The notes beneath the pieces were generated by a model. It was not told where the DNA came from and ran no database searches. It saw only the letters and a program-made list of their open reading frames with translations. A program made the position numbers and the translations under genes. From positions 1-64,000 of the IMG/VR virus record IMGVR_UViG_3300033120_000574: a DNA stretch of 64,000 bases. One strand, 5' to 3'. Below are positions 24,789 to 36,100 of this stretch, one piece after another (the first letter of the stretch is position 1; each line of letters begins with the position of its first letter). This DNA is from a virus (taxonomy: Duplodnaviria > Caudoviricetes).

Positions 24789-27013
24789 AGGAAAGTAAAA
24801 CTGTGTGATCTGCGAAGACGTTCCAAGGCAACGTTGCAGTAGTTCCAAGCATGCGCGAAGTGTGGATCACCTCCCGAATAAATCCACTCATGGCGACCTT
24901 CACCAGTCTCTTCATTGGTGATGTTGTAGCGCTTGATCAAACGCATGAACATTGAGAACGCACGGGTCATCGGAGCTTCTGGGTTCAAGTCCTTTGAGTT
25001 TTCCTTAAAGCACATTTGAACCAGTTGATCTGGATCTGGACAAATGACTTCTTGGTTCGCCCATTGTGACAAAGCTACGTCTAAGCTTAGAAAGCGTGAA
25101 AGTACACAATAATACTTAAACTTAAGCAAAGGTCCAGCCTTCTTAATACCTGCTTTGACCTTTGGTCTATCACTCCACGAGACAACATCCTTGGCTTCCT
25201 TAGCATAGAAGGATGCGAATACCTTACCAGGAAACTCTTGTGCAAACTCAATAACCATGTCGTAGTTAGGCATAGCATCAACTACGCACATTTGTACTTT
25301 GTACTCTCGCATCAACTCGCGTAATCTCTTGAATGGGGTTACGCGTTTTCCGTTTTCCATGTAGTTAGGGTTCTCAGACTCAATGATTTCAACATGGCGA
25401 ATACGTTTCTTGTCTCCATGCAAGTCTGCAATGAAGACGTAACAGTAGCCACCACCAACGTCTACACCCATAGCTGTGGTATTTGTTTGGCCAGGAGATG
25501 CCCACTGAAGAGAAGTGTCTACGCAAGCTCTTAGCTGTGACAAGCCAACACCACGGTTCTCTTCGTCAATGTAAGGCAACCCAAGCTTAGCATTGAAGAA
25601 CTCAGCTTTGTTAGTTGTCCTGTGGTAGAAGTCCCACAAAACCTTCAAAGGCATGTACTTAGACGTAAGCTGTGAAACGTGAAACGAAGTGTAATCCGCC
25701 CCTGGATTATGTGGAACATATCTTCCATTTTGTGGGTCGTTGATTGTGTACTTACACTTGGGGCAGCGGAGATAGAGCTTGTTCCTGCGCTTGTCGTCCA
25801 CCACACAGGCGGGGAAAGTACGGGCGAGGTCGACTCCGTCTATACAGTTACAGCGTGCATGCCAGACGTGCTGGGAGCCTAGATCAAAGCGTGCTGCAAT
25901 GTCCGAGGAAGGCATTCCGCAGTTGTGAGCCACAGCACCATTCTCAAGAACGTAGTTGTGGTACTGGTCTACTGTAATGTCATAAACTTCCGTCGCTTCT
26001 ACAGGCTCAAGGTTTACGATCCTTGACGCTTTTGTGTTAGATAGTATGTGTGTCCCATTTTTATGCAACATGGCTAAGCTATCCCAACATATGTTGCCTG
26101 TAGAGTCACACCAAGCAAACTCATGGTTAGGGGTGCTTACTACTTCCGTACCGTCGTCAAAGGTAGCCTTGACGACCTCTTTCACTCCGTTGTCATGGAA
26201 TGCCGTGATGTTTCGGTAAGTATAGTTAGCTCCATCAGAGGAGTAATAACAAAGCGCTTGGTAGTCTTGCCAGCAAGACTTAAGTTCTTCGAAAGACATA
26301 GATACTGGTGGAGTAGAAACCTGCCAGTGTTTAATGTCTACTTTCTTACGAACGATAATACGAGTATCACCCCTATGGCACGTTGACATCAAAATCTTTT
26401 GCTTGTAGATCGAGTGAGAGATACGTTCCATGGCCTGGTCGATGTCTGCAGGTCTACACAAACGTACTTCGTCAAATGCAACAAAGTCCAAAGGCACGGA
26501 GTCTTTGGATGCAGTTCCTCCAAGGTGGAATAGATAGAAGGAAGACTTACCGATCTTACGAAGACCTAACTTGTCTTCTTTGTCAATTGAAGTCTCCAAG
26601 TCTTTGATAGACCCCAGCAACGGCGTTAGTCTATCCTTTGATAAGTTTTCTACACCTTCTTTAGTTGGGAAGTACAAACCAGCTTTGCGCCCTGGATGAG
26701 CATTGAGCCAGTGAATGACCTTCAAAAGCATGTAGATTGTAGCGCCCATCTGCGCTGCTTTTTGCCACACAATCTCAGTGTCATTGCACATGTAGATAGG
26801 CAACAGATACCTGTGCATGTCAAAATCTACAGCGTTGCCGTCTACTTCAACTCCAGCGGTCTGTGTCCACAAAGCGAAGCTATCACTGGATAGGTGACGC
26901 AAATCATCCATCGAGATATCTTCCGGTTTTATCTTCTTCGGAAGCCTCACGATGGATGGAGCACCTTCAATGGTGTTGGTTTTTAAGTGATTTCTAGGAA
27001 CGTAGGCAGTCAT
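24785..27013 (-). CDS. terL: Terminase large subunit (lambda gpA-like) with mini-intein
   Basis: QKAAQMGAT Walker A; VAFDEV Walker B; FHVSQL; FFNAKLGLPY; AMGVDVG nuclease; DPHFAHA. Confidence 0.85.
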   Translation of the reverse strand: MTAYVPRNHLKTNTIEGAPSIVRLPKKIKPEDISMDDLRHLSSDSFALWTQTAGVEVDGNAVDFDMHRYLLPIYMCNDTEIVWQKAAQMGATIYMLLKVIHWLNAHPGRKAGLYFPTKEGVENLSKDRLTPLLGSIKDLETSIDKEDKLGLRKIGKSSFYLFHLGGTASKDSVPLDFVAFDEVRLCRPADIDQAMERISHSIYKQKILMSTCHRGDTRIIVRKKVDIKHWQVSTPPVSMSFEELKSCWQDYQALCYYSSDGANYTYRNITAFHDNGVKEVVKATFDDGTEVVSTPNHEFAWCDSTGNICWDSLAMLHKNGTHILSNTKASRIVNLEPVEATEVYDITVDQYHNYVLENGAVAHNCGMPSSDIAARFDLGSQHVWHARCNCIDGVDLARTFPACVVDDKRRNKLYLRCPKCKYTINDPQNGRYVPHNPGADYTSFHVSQLTSKYMPLKVLWDFYHRTTNKAEFFNAKLGLPYIDEENRGVGLSQLRACVDTSLQWASPGQTNTTAMGVDVGGGYCYVFIADLHGDKKRIRHVEIIESENPNYMENGKRVTPFKRLRELMREYKVQMCVVDAMPNYDMVIEFAQEFPGKVFASFYAKEAKDVVSWSDRPKVKAGIKKAGPLLKFKYYCVLSRFLSLDVALSQWANQEVICPDPDQLVQMCFKENSKDLNPEAPMTRAFSMFMRLIKRYNITNEETGEGRHEWIYSGGDPHFAHAWNYCNVALERLRRSHSFTFL
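25922..26380 (-). mobile_element. Mini-intein (153 aa, no endonuclease) in TerL
   Basis: MST|CHRGDT...TPNHEF...VYDITVDQYHNYVLENGAVAHN|C. Confidence 0.9.
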
Positions 27014-27202
27014 ATGTTAAGAACATAACACATGTTTACCAAGTCATCCAGCCACAAGTGCCCTTTTTTATTGGAATGTTGTCATAATCTTTAGCATCCA
27101 TTCGAGCTTTCACAGCAGCACGATACTTACGGCGTGTTAGCTTTCTCGCCCACGCCTTCTCTTTACTCATTGGGTGATACACTTTTGCTTTGGTTGTGTT
27201 AC

Positions 27203-27670
27203 TCATTTTTGAAACCAGTCCGGAACACTACGCTTGTTCCATTGCGCAAAGCTAGCCTTAGCCCCGTTATAGTAGTTGCGATATGAAGCAACTACGTCGT
27301 CCTGTATGTATGCTGTGGGCACACACTTAGGATGTTGGGTAAGACCTTTTATTGTGAAATTAGGTTTATTGGATGTAGCCCACGAAATGATTGCTCTAGA
27401 TTTGTGTTCTTTGTTGTACTCAAGTTTGTAAGCATCACACAACGCTAAGCCATGCACAACTAACCAGTCAAAGTTCTCTTCACTTTGCCTTGTCCAGATT
27501 CCACAAGGATGGTTTTTGTAGCAGGGCTTGTATGGTGTTTGAATTCCTGTTAGAGTGTGAACTGCAGTACAGAGAAGCTGTGCAGTTTCAAGAGGCATTT
27601 TTACAACGTGTTTGTTGCAAAGACTCATAGCTGCTTTAACTGGATCGGATTCAACAACAAAGATATTCAT
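27203..27670 (-). CDS. Pyrimidine-dimer DNA glycosylase (DenV-related family)
   Basis: MNIF...KHVVKMPLETAQLL...NHPC.IW.R...WL..HG..L. Confidence 0.8.
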   Translation of the reverse strand: MNIFVVESDPVKAAMSLCNKHVVKMPLETAQLLCTAVHTLTGIQTPYKPCYKNHPCGIWTRQSEENFDWLVVHGLALCDAYKLEYNKEHKSRAIISWATSNKPNFTIKGLTQHPKCVPTAYIQDDVVASYRNYYNGAKASFAQWNKRSVPDWFQK

Positions 27671-27945
27671 TTCGCGTACCTATAGTAGCCTTTGCGAGAA
27701 TTGTAGTGCATTTCAGCAGTTGTGATCCAACCGAGAGGTTCTCCTATGTAGCGCCACTGCACCCACACCCGATCGATGTCTTCGATGCCCTTGCAGGACC
27801 GCAAAGCTCTATCTAGGGATCTGGCCTCTTCAATGGGCACCCCAAAACCTAGAGACTGTCTATGAAGCAGTTGAGCCGCATACTGGCGCAAAGCTCTTGC
27901 TACCAAGTCTTCTGGCTTCTCAAACTGAGTTTTAGCTGTTGTCAC
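27667..27945 (-). CDS. Hypothetical protein
   Basis: Coupled - strand run, GGAG upstream. Confidence 0.6.
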   Translation of the reverse strand: MTTAKTQFEKPEDLVARALRQYAAQLLHRQSLGFGVPIEEARSLDRALRSCKGIEDIDRVWVQWRYIGEPLGWITTAEMHYNSRKGYYRYAK

Positions 27946-27954
27946 TTTGCGCTC

Positions 27955-28413
27955 CTAGGTCTTGGTGTCAGTAGGTATGTGTGTTGCTGCTAGTTCAAAG
28001 GCTTCTTTCCATTGATGTGCTTCAAACATAAGGTTGAGATCAACGTTGCCCTCTAAACAAGCAGTAAGTTCAATCAAATCGTTGGCTAAGTTAATCTCCA
28101 AAGACAGATAGCGAACGTCACCATTTGAGATGTGTCCTTTTTCATTTAGGATAGACCACTCCCAATCCAAGTTAATTACCGAGTCTTTACCCACGTCCGT
28201 ACATGCCGGAAAAATGCCTAGAAGCTCGGGGTTAGGAATAGTCACAAATGAAAGCCTGTGTATAACCTTTTCCAACTCTTCTGGTTTGAATGCAGCACCA
28301 CAGGGTCTTCCACGACTGTCACTGTTCCAACCATTTTCTATGTCTTTGAAAGACCTAATGCGGTCCGCTATAGGCGTTTTACGTGTGTACTTGCTAGTGG
28401 CGGTTGCTGTCAC
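27955..28413 (-). CDS. Hypothetical protein
   Basis: ORF track; coupled run. Confidence 0.65.
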   Translation of the reverse strand: MTATATSKYTRKTPIADRIRSFKDIENGWNSDSRGRPCGAAFKPEELEKVIHRLSFVTIPNPELLGIFPACTDVGKDSVINLDWEWSILNEKGHISNGDVRYLSLEINLANDLIELTACLEGNVDLNLMFEAHQWKEAFELAATHIPTDTKT

Positions 28414-29081
28414 TTTGGCTCCAAATATACGCTATCAAATGGTTGATTTCGTTTTGTGAAGTGATGTCCAACGCCCATTGTGGAGCTGTGTCAATCCACT
28501 GTTCGGCTGTAACTCGGTTATTGAACGCGTTCCAAGCATGATAGGTTAACGTTCTACGTGCTTGTATTCTCTCTTGAAGGCTATCTTCCACACTCATGAT
28601 GAAGTGCTCACTGGTACAAACGTTATCGTGCCTTTTAGTATCACGTACTGTGACTTACCTTGCTCATCTTTTACAGGACGTAAACCTTGTACACCTTGTT
28701 CAAATACAAGCTGTGCTACTTCACCAGTTTCATCATCTGCCCAAATAGCATAGTCTACTTTCTTACCATCGAGGTAAGCATAGAACTTGCGTCCGACAAG
28801 AGTATTAGCATCCAATCGCATGATTACTCCTTAATTTCTATTGGCGAACATTTTTCAAATGAATAAGCACGTGGCCCTACATGCCTTACTTCAAGACCAG
28901 CAATACGAACGTACGCATACAATGAGTAGCCTGTCTCTTTGTGGGCGTACTTTTCACATGCCCAATACCTGTCAGGATACTTCCATTCCGAAGGCCAGTG
29001 CCATGTTATAGTAAACCTGTTGAAAAACTTTCTCTTCCTCTTGTACATACTCATCTTATTCCTTGAGTTCGAGATTCGCAT
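28394..29081 (-). CDS. Three small hypothetical ORFs (28394..28597, 28594..28821, 28824..~29054)
   Basis: Abutting or overlapping - strand ORFs. Confidence 0.55.
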
Positions 29082-29928
29082 CTCCAGACACTGATCCAGC
29101 TTCTACCACATCCTCCACCTTGTTTCCAGCCTTGAAGAAGGACGTGTGGTGAATTCCGATCTGAAGAAGACCACCCATCACTGTGTTAATGTCCAAGCCC
29201 TCGGCAACACACTTGGTTGTGATTGCATCAAAGGACTTCTTCAATGCTGGAGTGACCTGCATATACATGTGATTCTTTCCACCAACAGGGAAGATCATGA
29301 ATGACTGTGGGACAGTGTTGCCATACTTCTCAAACAAATTACTCACAATCACGCCAACATCGTCGATCATTTTGACTTGCTGTGCCACTTGGTTGGAAGA
29401 GTTAGCAATTGCAGTCGCCATGCGAGTTTCCTTAGCCTTCTCTTGCTTATAGAACTCAGCAAAGGATTCTGTGTCTTCAAAACCCATGCGTTCAATGATG
29501 ACACCCATATCTAGAGACGCTTCTTTAACCAAACGATTGACGCTTTCCGTGAATGCAACTCGGTCAATTTCACCGCGCACAAGGTTTCGTCGCACAAGCT
29601 GAATCTCAGCCTCCACTTCATCCCAATCGTCACGAATGATACAAGGCAGCTCTTCATACCCTACTGCCACGCCAGCCTTGAATCTGTGGTTACCAGACAC
29701 CACGTAGTAACCTTCCGCATCCTTGCGAGGAACTACAAGCAAAGGTTCATCAAATCCACCGCTTGCAATGCTCTCCTTAAGCTCGTTGAATACATGCTTA
29801 CTCTGTGCATTGCTGTTGTTGGGGTGCTGTGCAAGCAAACCAACTGAGAGCATTTGAGCAAGGTGTACTGTCTTCGGAGTGGAGTCTATTGTAACTTGGG
29901 TCTTCTTTGCCATTTGTTCCTCAATCAA
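29056..29928 (-). CDS. ParB/Srx N-terminal domain protein
   Basis: HPNNSN...LKESI...GFDEPLLV...YYVVSGNHRFKA...ELPCII. Confidence 0.8.
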   Translation of the reverse strand: MIEEQMAKKTQVTIDSTPKTVHLAQMLSVGLLAQHPNNSNAQSKHVFNELKESIASGGFDEPLLVVPRKDAEGYYVVSGNHRFKAGVAVGYEELPCIIRDDWDEVEAEIQLVRRNLVRGEIDRVAFTESVNRLVKEASLDMGVIIERMGFEDTESFAEFYKQEKAKETRMATAIANSSNQVAQQVKMIDDVGVIVSNLFEKYGNTVPQSFMIFPVGGKNHMYMQVTPALKKSFDAITTKCVAEGLDINTVMGGLLQIGIHHTSFFKAGNKVEDVVEAGSVSGDANLELKE

Positions 29929-30862
29929 CTTCTTTAATCAAACGTAGAATGTCTTGTTCAAAACCAACCACACCTTTGTGAGTTGGTAATGCGAGTATTG
30001 TATTTTCCAAAGACTCTGCAACTGGATAAGATGGTTGTTCAAGCCAACGTTCCTGTAACGTAGGAAGGTTGTGTACTGGTCGTATAAGTTTGTCGCTCAT
30101 GATACCGTTTGAATGCAAGTGAACTATTACCCTTGCTACATCTTTTACAGGCAGTGAGCATACTTTGTGTTCGGGATGGGTAGTAGTGTCTTGATATCCT
30201 GTAAGCACAGATCTACGTGAGCTGCGAGCTGCTTCCATCGTAGGATCTAGTTTAAGCTCCTCTAAGATCTGCAGGCTCTTAGCTTCCGAAAGACCAGCAC
30301 CCAATCCAAGCATTCCAGATCTAACAAGTTTCAATGCTCTAACTTCATCTGAAAAGCGATGTACAAGTAGAGCACCTTCTCCAAATGCAGATTGCATATC
30401 AAAAATGCTAAAAGAGCAAAGACAGTCTTTATCCGTGAGCCCCTTGTGTGGAATACGATTAGGTAAACCGATCGTAGGAACTTCTTCACACAAGTCTAAT
30501 AAACGTTGGTCTATGTCTAAGCCAAGTAAGCTGTCCAGCAGCACAACTGTGTCCGCTGGTAGCTGTGACAACGCTTCTTTAAGTAACTCTGGTTGCATCT
30601 GAAGTGTTGTGGCGTCTATGTCCAATAGGAATGGAGAAGCGCCAGACCTAAGAACAGCAGCAACTACGTCAGGCGTTGAAGCAATGGAAAGAACTACAGG
30701 TAAGTCGGATTCTCTAGAACCTAAGATTTCTAAAGTAGCTTGAATAGCTGCTTGTTGGTTCGAGAATATTACTGCAGTTGGACCAAAGAAAGCTTCTAGG
30801 GCAGTGAGATTAGGAGCTTCTAAGCTGGAAGCTACACCATCAATAGAGTCTAAAGGAATCAT
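29921..30862 (-). CDS. Degenerate DegT/DnrJ/EryC1/StrS aminotransferase-like protein
   Basis: GASPFLLDID, FS...GEGA, YPVAE...ILALPTH; catalytic Lys not evident. Confidence 0.7.
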   Translation of the reverse strand: MIPLDSIDGVASSLEAPNLTALEAFFGPTAVIFSNQQAAIQATLEILGSRESDLPVVLSIASTPDVVAAVLRSGASPFLLDIDATTLQMQPELLKEALSQLPADTVVLLDSLLGLDIDQRLLDLCEEVPTIGLPNRIPHKGLTDKDCLCSFSIFDMQSAFGEGALLVHRFSDEVRALKLVRSGMLGLGAGLSEAKSLQILEELKLDPTMEAARSSRRSVLTGYQDTTTHPEHKVCSLPVKDVARVIVHLHSNGIMSDKLIRPVHNLPTLQERWLEQPSYPVAESLENTILALPTHKGVVGFEQDILRLIKEVD

Positions 30863-31080
30863 GATTCGCTCGGCACCACAATGTTCTTACACTTTGGACA
30901 TTTCCAACCACGTCTTGTAGACCGCAGGGCACCTTCATACCCACAAGGGCAACCTTCATCTTGTTCTAACAAGCTTTTGAAAGTGTTTTCATCATCATAC
31001 TCGTCCTCATCGTTTCGCGCTGAGTTCCAAGTATTTCCACTACAGTTACCGTCCGGGTCTACAAGCATACGTTTTGACAT
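30859..31080 (-). CDS. Small acidic zinc-ribbon protein
   Basis: CPCG...WKCPKC. Confidence 0.6.
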   Translation of the reverse strand: MSKRMLVDPDGNCSGNTWNSARNDEDEYDDENTFKSLLEQDEGCPCGYEGALRSTRRGWKCPKCKNIVVPSES

Positions 31081-31275
31081 TTAATCTCGCTTCTCCCACA
31101 GATCGCGAGAGTTCTTAAAGATATACTCATTTTTTATTAGTAACGCAAGTACTTTCTTTAAAGAAGCCAAATCTAGAAAACTCAATCGAAGCAGTTCATC
31201 GTATGTCCTTGGTGAATCAAGCAGATTCATAACCTTGTTACTGTGCTTGATATCCTTTAACTCTTTCTTTACCAC
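31081..31275 (-). CDS. Small winged-helix-like protein
   Basis: PRTYDELL...LKKVLALLIKNEYI...W. Confidence 0.5.
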   Translation of the reverse strand: MVKKELKDIKHSNKVMNLLDSPRTYDELLRLSFLDLASLKKVLALLIKNEYIFKNSRDLWEKRD

Positions 31276-31276
31276 T

Positions 31277-32479
31277 CTACACTCCTGTGCGTCTCATGTT
31301 ACTGTTGTATTGTGCTAACTGACCTCCAGTTAGCTTTTTACCTTGCAAGTACAATGCTATCACCATTGGCTTAGGTCCGCCAACAATTGGTGAATCTCCA
31401 AGTCTAGAACCAACAAATGTAACTAGTTCCATATTCTTTATGGTCTTACTTGTGCGTGTGATAGTTCTAGCCCTCTCGTCCGCCTCTGTAAATGTGTATG
31501 GTCCCTCTCGCTCCGCACCCTGGTGTTGTTGCAACCAGTAGTCTCGTTGCACTACAGCTATTCTTGGAGGAACAACTGGTACACCAACACGCACTACATG
31601 TACGATGCCTTGTATGTCACAAAAGCCTAAAGACAATGTAGCTTGTACAGATCCAGTGATCGTGCTGGACCCCGTTGCGTTCGCTTGTAGCTCTCCAAGA
31701 ACTGAATTAACTTCACCAAAGCGTGGAGCATAGAAAGCTGTACCCGCACTTGACAAAGACACAGCAGCCAACGTCTGATTTACATTGCCGCTTACCAACA
31801 GTGTTCCTGTCGTAGCATTGGTAACGCTGTCTAATGCATTTGTACTTGTTGCGCGAACAAGTACTTGTCCTTGGCTTGTCGTTGCTAGTAGATCAAGGGA
31901 ATTTGATATTTGCCCAGTAATAGGAGCAATAGCTGTTGCAGACCCTGTGAGGGTGTCCAACAACAGTGCAGAGTTGCCTGTGTTACGTACTTCCCCCGTG
32001 CTAGTAGCTAACAGTGAACCAAGCGTTTGATTTAGCTGGCCTATGACTTCAGACTGTACTTCACCAACGGAAGATAACGTAACAGCTTCTAGTGTGCTGG
32101 CTACGTTGGAATTAATTCTTACTTGCCCAGTGCCACTGCTTACTGCATTTGTAAGTGTGTTTGCACTTACTGCATGAATTGGCGCAACGCCTGTAGTAGC
32201 GACAGTTAGTAGGTCTAGGGTGTTGGTGCTAGACCCAGTGGAAACAGTGGTACCTGCGCTGGATACAGTAGCAGCACTCAGGGTAGTTGCAGTGGTACCC
32301 ACCACCAAGACAGTACCAGTACTTAGTACAGCGAGTGACCCTAAAGTAGTTGTACTAGTTCCTACGACCGTAACAGCGCCAGCACTCGAACTAGTAAGAG
32401 TTCCTAGTGTGGCGTTTACTGTTCCTACGACCGCGCTTGCTGTGGTTTCGTCGAAGAATTCGAAAAGAATCCTAGACAT
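31277..32479 (-). CDS. Thr/Ser-rich repetitive virion protein
   Basis: ~22-23 aa repeats of the form G...TL...T...TG.V. Confidence 0.65.
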   Translation of the reverse strand: MSRILFEFFDETTASAVVGTVNATLGTLTSSSAGAVTVVGTSTTTLGSLAVLSTGTVLVVGTTATTLSAATVSSAGTTVSTGSSTNTLDLLTVATTGVAPIHAVSANTLTNAVSSGTGQVRINSNVASTLEAVTLSSVGEVQSEVIGQLNQTLGSLLATSTGEVRNTGNSALLLDTLTGSATAIAPITGQISNSLDLLATTSQGQVLVRATSTNALDSVTNATTGTLLVSGNVNQTLAAVSLSSAGTAFYAPRFGEVNSVLGELQANATGSSTITGSVQATLSLGFCDIQGIVHVVRVGVPVVPPRIAVVQRDYWLQQHQGAEREGPYTFTEADERARTITRTSKTIKNMELVTFVGSRLGDSPIVGGPKPMVIALYLQGKKLTGGQLAQYNSNMRRTGV

Positions 32480-32491
32480 GGATTCCTCCGA

Positions 32492-33142
32492 TCATCTGTT
32501 TAGTAGCGCAAAGGTTACCCCTGCTGCTGGAATTCCTGTGAATCCGCCACCAACAGTAATGGCTTTGGTTGTGCCATCATATGCAGTTACTCTCTTTACT
32601 TGCCCGATTAAGGCACCACTTGTAATACGAACAAGATTGTCTTTCCAGTAGTCATCCACACTTTCGCTCAAATCAGTAACAAAAGTAGAAGCTGTATTAC
32701 CTGCATCAAATACAACTACAGAAGTCTCTTCTGGTTGTGCTAACCAAACAGCTGCTGCAATAGCTGTAGGATCTCCACCAGCTGCAATCTGTGTAAGAGA
32801 AGAAGTTTCTAATCTAGTTTGAACAAGAAAACTTCCCAACGTATTTGTAAATATTGAGTCTCCTGCGTTGTTTGGATACAAGTTTCCAACGAGAGTAAGA
32901 GTGTGATCTTCCTCTCTTGGACGGATTACCCAACCGTCTAGAGTATTTAAGAAAAAGTAATCCCCTTGAAACCTACCACCACCTAAAGCTTGCCCACCAT
33001 TTGCTGTGAAGGCAAATACCCAAGGAGACCCAACACCACTAAGTACCCAGTCTTTCCAACGAGAGTAAATAGTTACAACTGGAATCTCATCTCCATCGGA
33101 TGCTTCAAGAATTATAAGAGAGTTAGGTCCATCGAAAATCAT
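32492..33142 (-). CDS. Putative virion structural protein
   Basis: In the structural cluster; ITSGALIGQVKRVTAYDGTTK. Confidence 0.6.
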   Translation of the reverse strand: MIFDGPNSLIILEASDGDEIPVVTIYSRWKDWVLSGVGSPWVFAFTANGGQALGGGRFQGDYFFLNTLDGWVIRPREEDHTLTLVGNLYPNNAGDSIFTNTLGSFLVQTRLETSSLTQIAAGGDPTAIAAAVWLAQPEETSVVVFDAGNTASTFVTDLSESVDDYWKDNLVRITSGALIGQVKRVTAYDGTTKAITVGGGFTGIPAAGVTFALLNR

Positions 33143-33150
33143 ATTCTCTC

Positions 33151-36100
33151 CTATGGAGTGTATTGCAAATCAGTTGTTAGTGAAAGTGGAATAGAGATAT
33201 CTGCATTCGATGAAACATCAAAATAACTCAAACGTTGCAAATAGTTAGCTTCTCTAGCAACAACTATGTTAACAGCATTGTAAGTATCTACTGGAATAGA
33301 GAATGAAGCTTTGCCAGTACCTCCAGTAACAGTGGCTTCACCGATCAGGTCAATAGCAATGTCTCCGTCATACACACGTACAATTGTACCATTTGGAAGA
33401 CCAGTCACTTCTAAATTAAAGAAGTCTAGGGGGTACTTTGTATTTCTAGACGTGGTTGTTGACCCCGTAAAAACATACAATGCTGTAATCGCTGCAACGT
33501 TAGTAGCTACTGTAGTAAACCTCCATTTAAGGTTAAATCCATTCAGGAACGATGGAACAACTTCCGTTGGCAACCTGAAGAATGTTAGCGTTCCTGACAC
33601 AGTGCCAATGTTTGGAAGGCTTACAGTTATGTTAGTTGAAGAGTCTACAGACACAACAGTTGCATACACAGCTACGTTAGTTCCAGAGATGTAGTCACCT
33701 ACGCTAACTCCAGTAGTATCTGTCATTGTGACAGTAGTGCTTGCACTTGCGCCTCCACCACCTGTTCGTGGATAAGCAAGATTCTTCCAAGAAGAATAAC
33801 CATTTCCATCTCGCAAATCGATTTGATATTCTATGTGATGGTTGCTTAGTGTACCACCAAGCATAACGGGTAATGCTCTACAGAAATGGGTATATCCAAG
33901 TATCTGATACGGTGTTGTGAATACCACTTGGTCGCCAATGGTAGGCATGTAGAGTTGCCCTGCGCTGGTAAATGTAGGAGTCCCTGCAGTGACAGTAACC
34001 TGTGCCGCTGTGTTAGCTGTTGGTTCATTCATCTGAATAGCAATGCGACTAGCAACTTCTTCAAAGTCCATAGTTCCAGATGTGCCACCAGCGTTTAAAC
34101 AAGTGAAAGAAAACGTATCAGGAGTCAATGCAGTTATAGTTTTCACACCACGAACAACTGCAGCTGTATCCGAGCACACGATAACATTGATAAAATCACC
34201 AGTACGCAAACCGTGATTGACCGATGTGACCGTTGCTGTAGTACTGCTACGTGTCCATGGAATGAAAAATCTATCTGGAGAAAGCTCTTGGAAATGCCCA
34301 TCATACCAATGTGTTCCGTATGTAGAAGTCTGTGCTGTAAATGGAGTAAGAGCCTCTACACCACGTGCAGTCATATTGAGTGCTGGCAACAATAGAGTAC
34401 CCCATTGTGACCCATACACGTTGTCAAATACTATCCTGGTAGAACTGTTATCACTAGACAACAAAAATTGTCTAAGGTTACTTAGGTACACTTGTTGTAC
34501 ACGTATGTCCACAGATGACGCTAACACCAACAAAGCTCCAACTACTGTAGGAGTGTAAGATAACGTTCCGCTAGTGCTTCCTGCGTTTAATGCTGCAAAC
34601 GTAAATGTGTCTGCAGTTGGCACAGTTGCTATTGTCTTGGAAGCAACTGTTATCGCTGCAATATCTGAGGATATACTTACATATACAGAATCTCCAACCT
34701 TCAAACCGTGTGCTACAGAGGTAACAGTCGCAGTAGTACCGCTGCGCGACCACGATACAGCGTTTACAGGGGGTGCACCACAGTCTAATGGACCAGTAGA
34801 TGAACCAAACTGTCTAATGTCTATGCGAGCGCAACCAGCGGAGATATTAACAAATCCTAGGTATGGGCCAGACATGAATAAACCACCCATACTAAAATTA
34901 CGCAGTACTATGTCATTGCATACAGACAAGCTAGCCGCATAAACACCTGCAGTAGAGTTGGTGCTTCCAGCGATGCGATCATAATATTGAACGTCTTCAA
35001 TTACACAGCTTGAACAGTTGGTCATGAAAATACTTCCACAACCGAGTACACACGCATTCCACAAAGAATTTTGCACACGGGTAGCTGACCAGGCACCAGC
35101 ACCAACGTTTCCACGTTGTAAGAACGAGTGCGTTCTAACTTGTAGGAACTGTAGGTTAGCACAATCACTAACAGAGCAAATAAAGTTAGATGCGCTTGTT
35201 AGTGAAGCTCGTGTACATGTCAAGTTTGTGAATGTACCTCCAGCAAGACACAAGTTTAAAAACAAAGGAGTGTTTACTTGTGCTGCTGTTTGGCCAACGA
35301 GCACGTCAGTAACTTCAATAGCAGTTGCACACTCTAGGATAGTGATGGTTTCCAATACGCCACTGTACAATACACGCACTGCATATGGTTGTGTGAATTG
35401 TGTATGCCAAGCAAGACACATGTTTTCTATATCTATTGTTCCTGCTCCAGTTGTTGTGAAGTCATAACGTGTTGCCAACGTAGCATTAGGTACTGCATTG
35501 GTGTTCATCGCTCCTGCAGTAACGTTAATCGTGATTACGTTTGGAGTCCTAATGCGCAAGCCTGCCGCTGGAAGAAAGCCGTTTGTATTGGTTCCATCTG
35601 TGCCAAAACGAAGTAACCCTTGAGAAGAAATCCAACACATTTTTCCACGAATTGTGTCGTTTGCAATGGTACCCACGCCAACCAAAGAACCTGCACAAGG
35701 GTAGTGTTCAAACTCACCAGTTCCAACAGCAGTTTCTACCCAAACACCTGGATAATATGTATTTGCTTGCGATGCTGGAAGTTGATATGTGGTCGCACTA
35801 GACCCAGACGTAGTGTAAAGCTCAAACCAATTACCACGAACAGTAAACTTACCCGTACGTGAAATTGTCATTGTGGCTGCTTCTACACCAACAACCTCAA
35901 TCCAACCAACAATGTCTGGGCCGGTAGCTGTGCATGCAGGACCTGTAATTGCTCCTGCTGCGAAGTCACCACCAGTTTTGTTCTTTACTTTTACCCAACC
36001 AGTGGTGGGCATTGCTGCTCCAGCAGCTGTGGGTGCTGCATTTAGAGCGGACCACACACCCAACAATACAGCAGTTACACCACCTTGTGTAACCGTAGTA

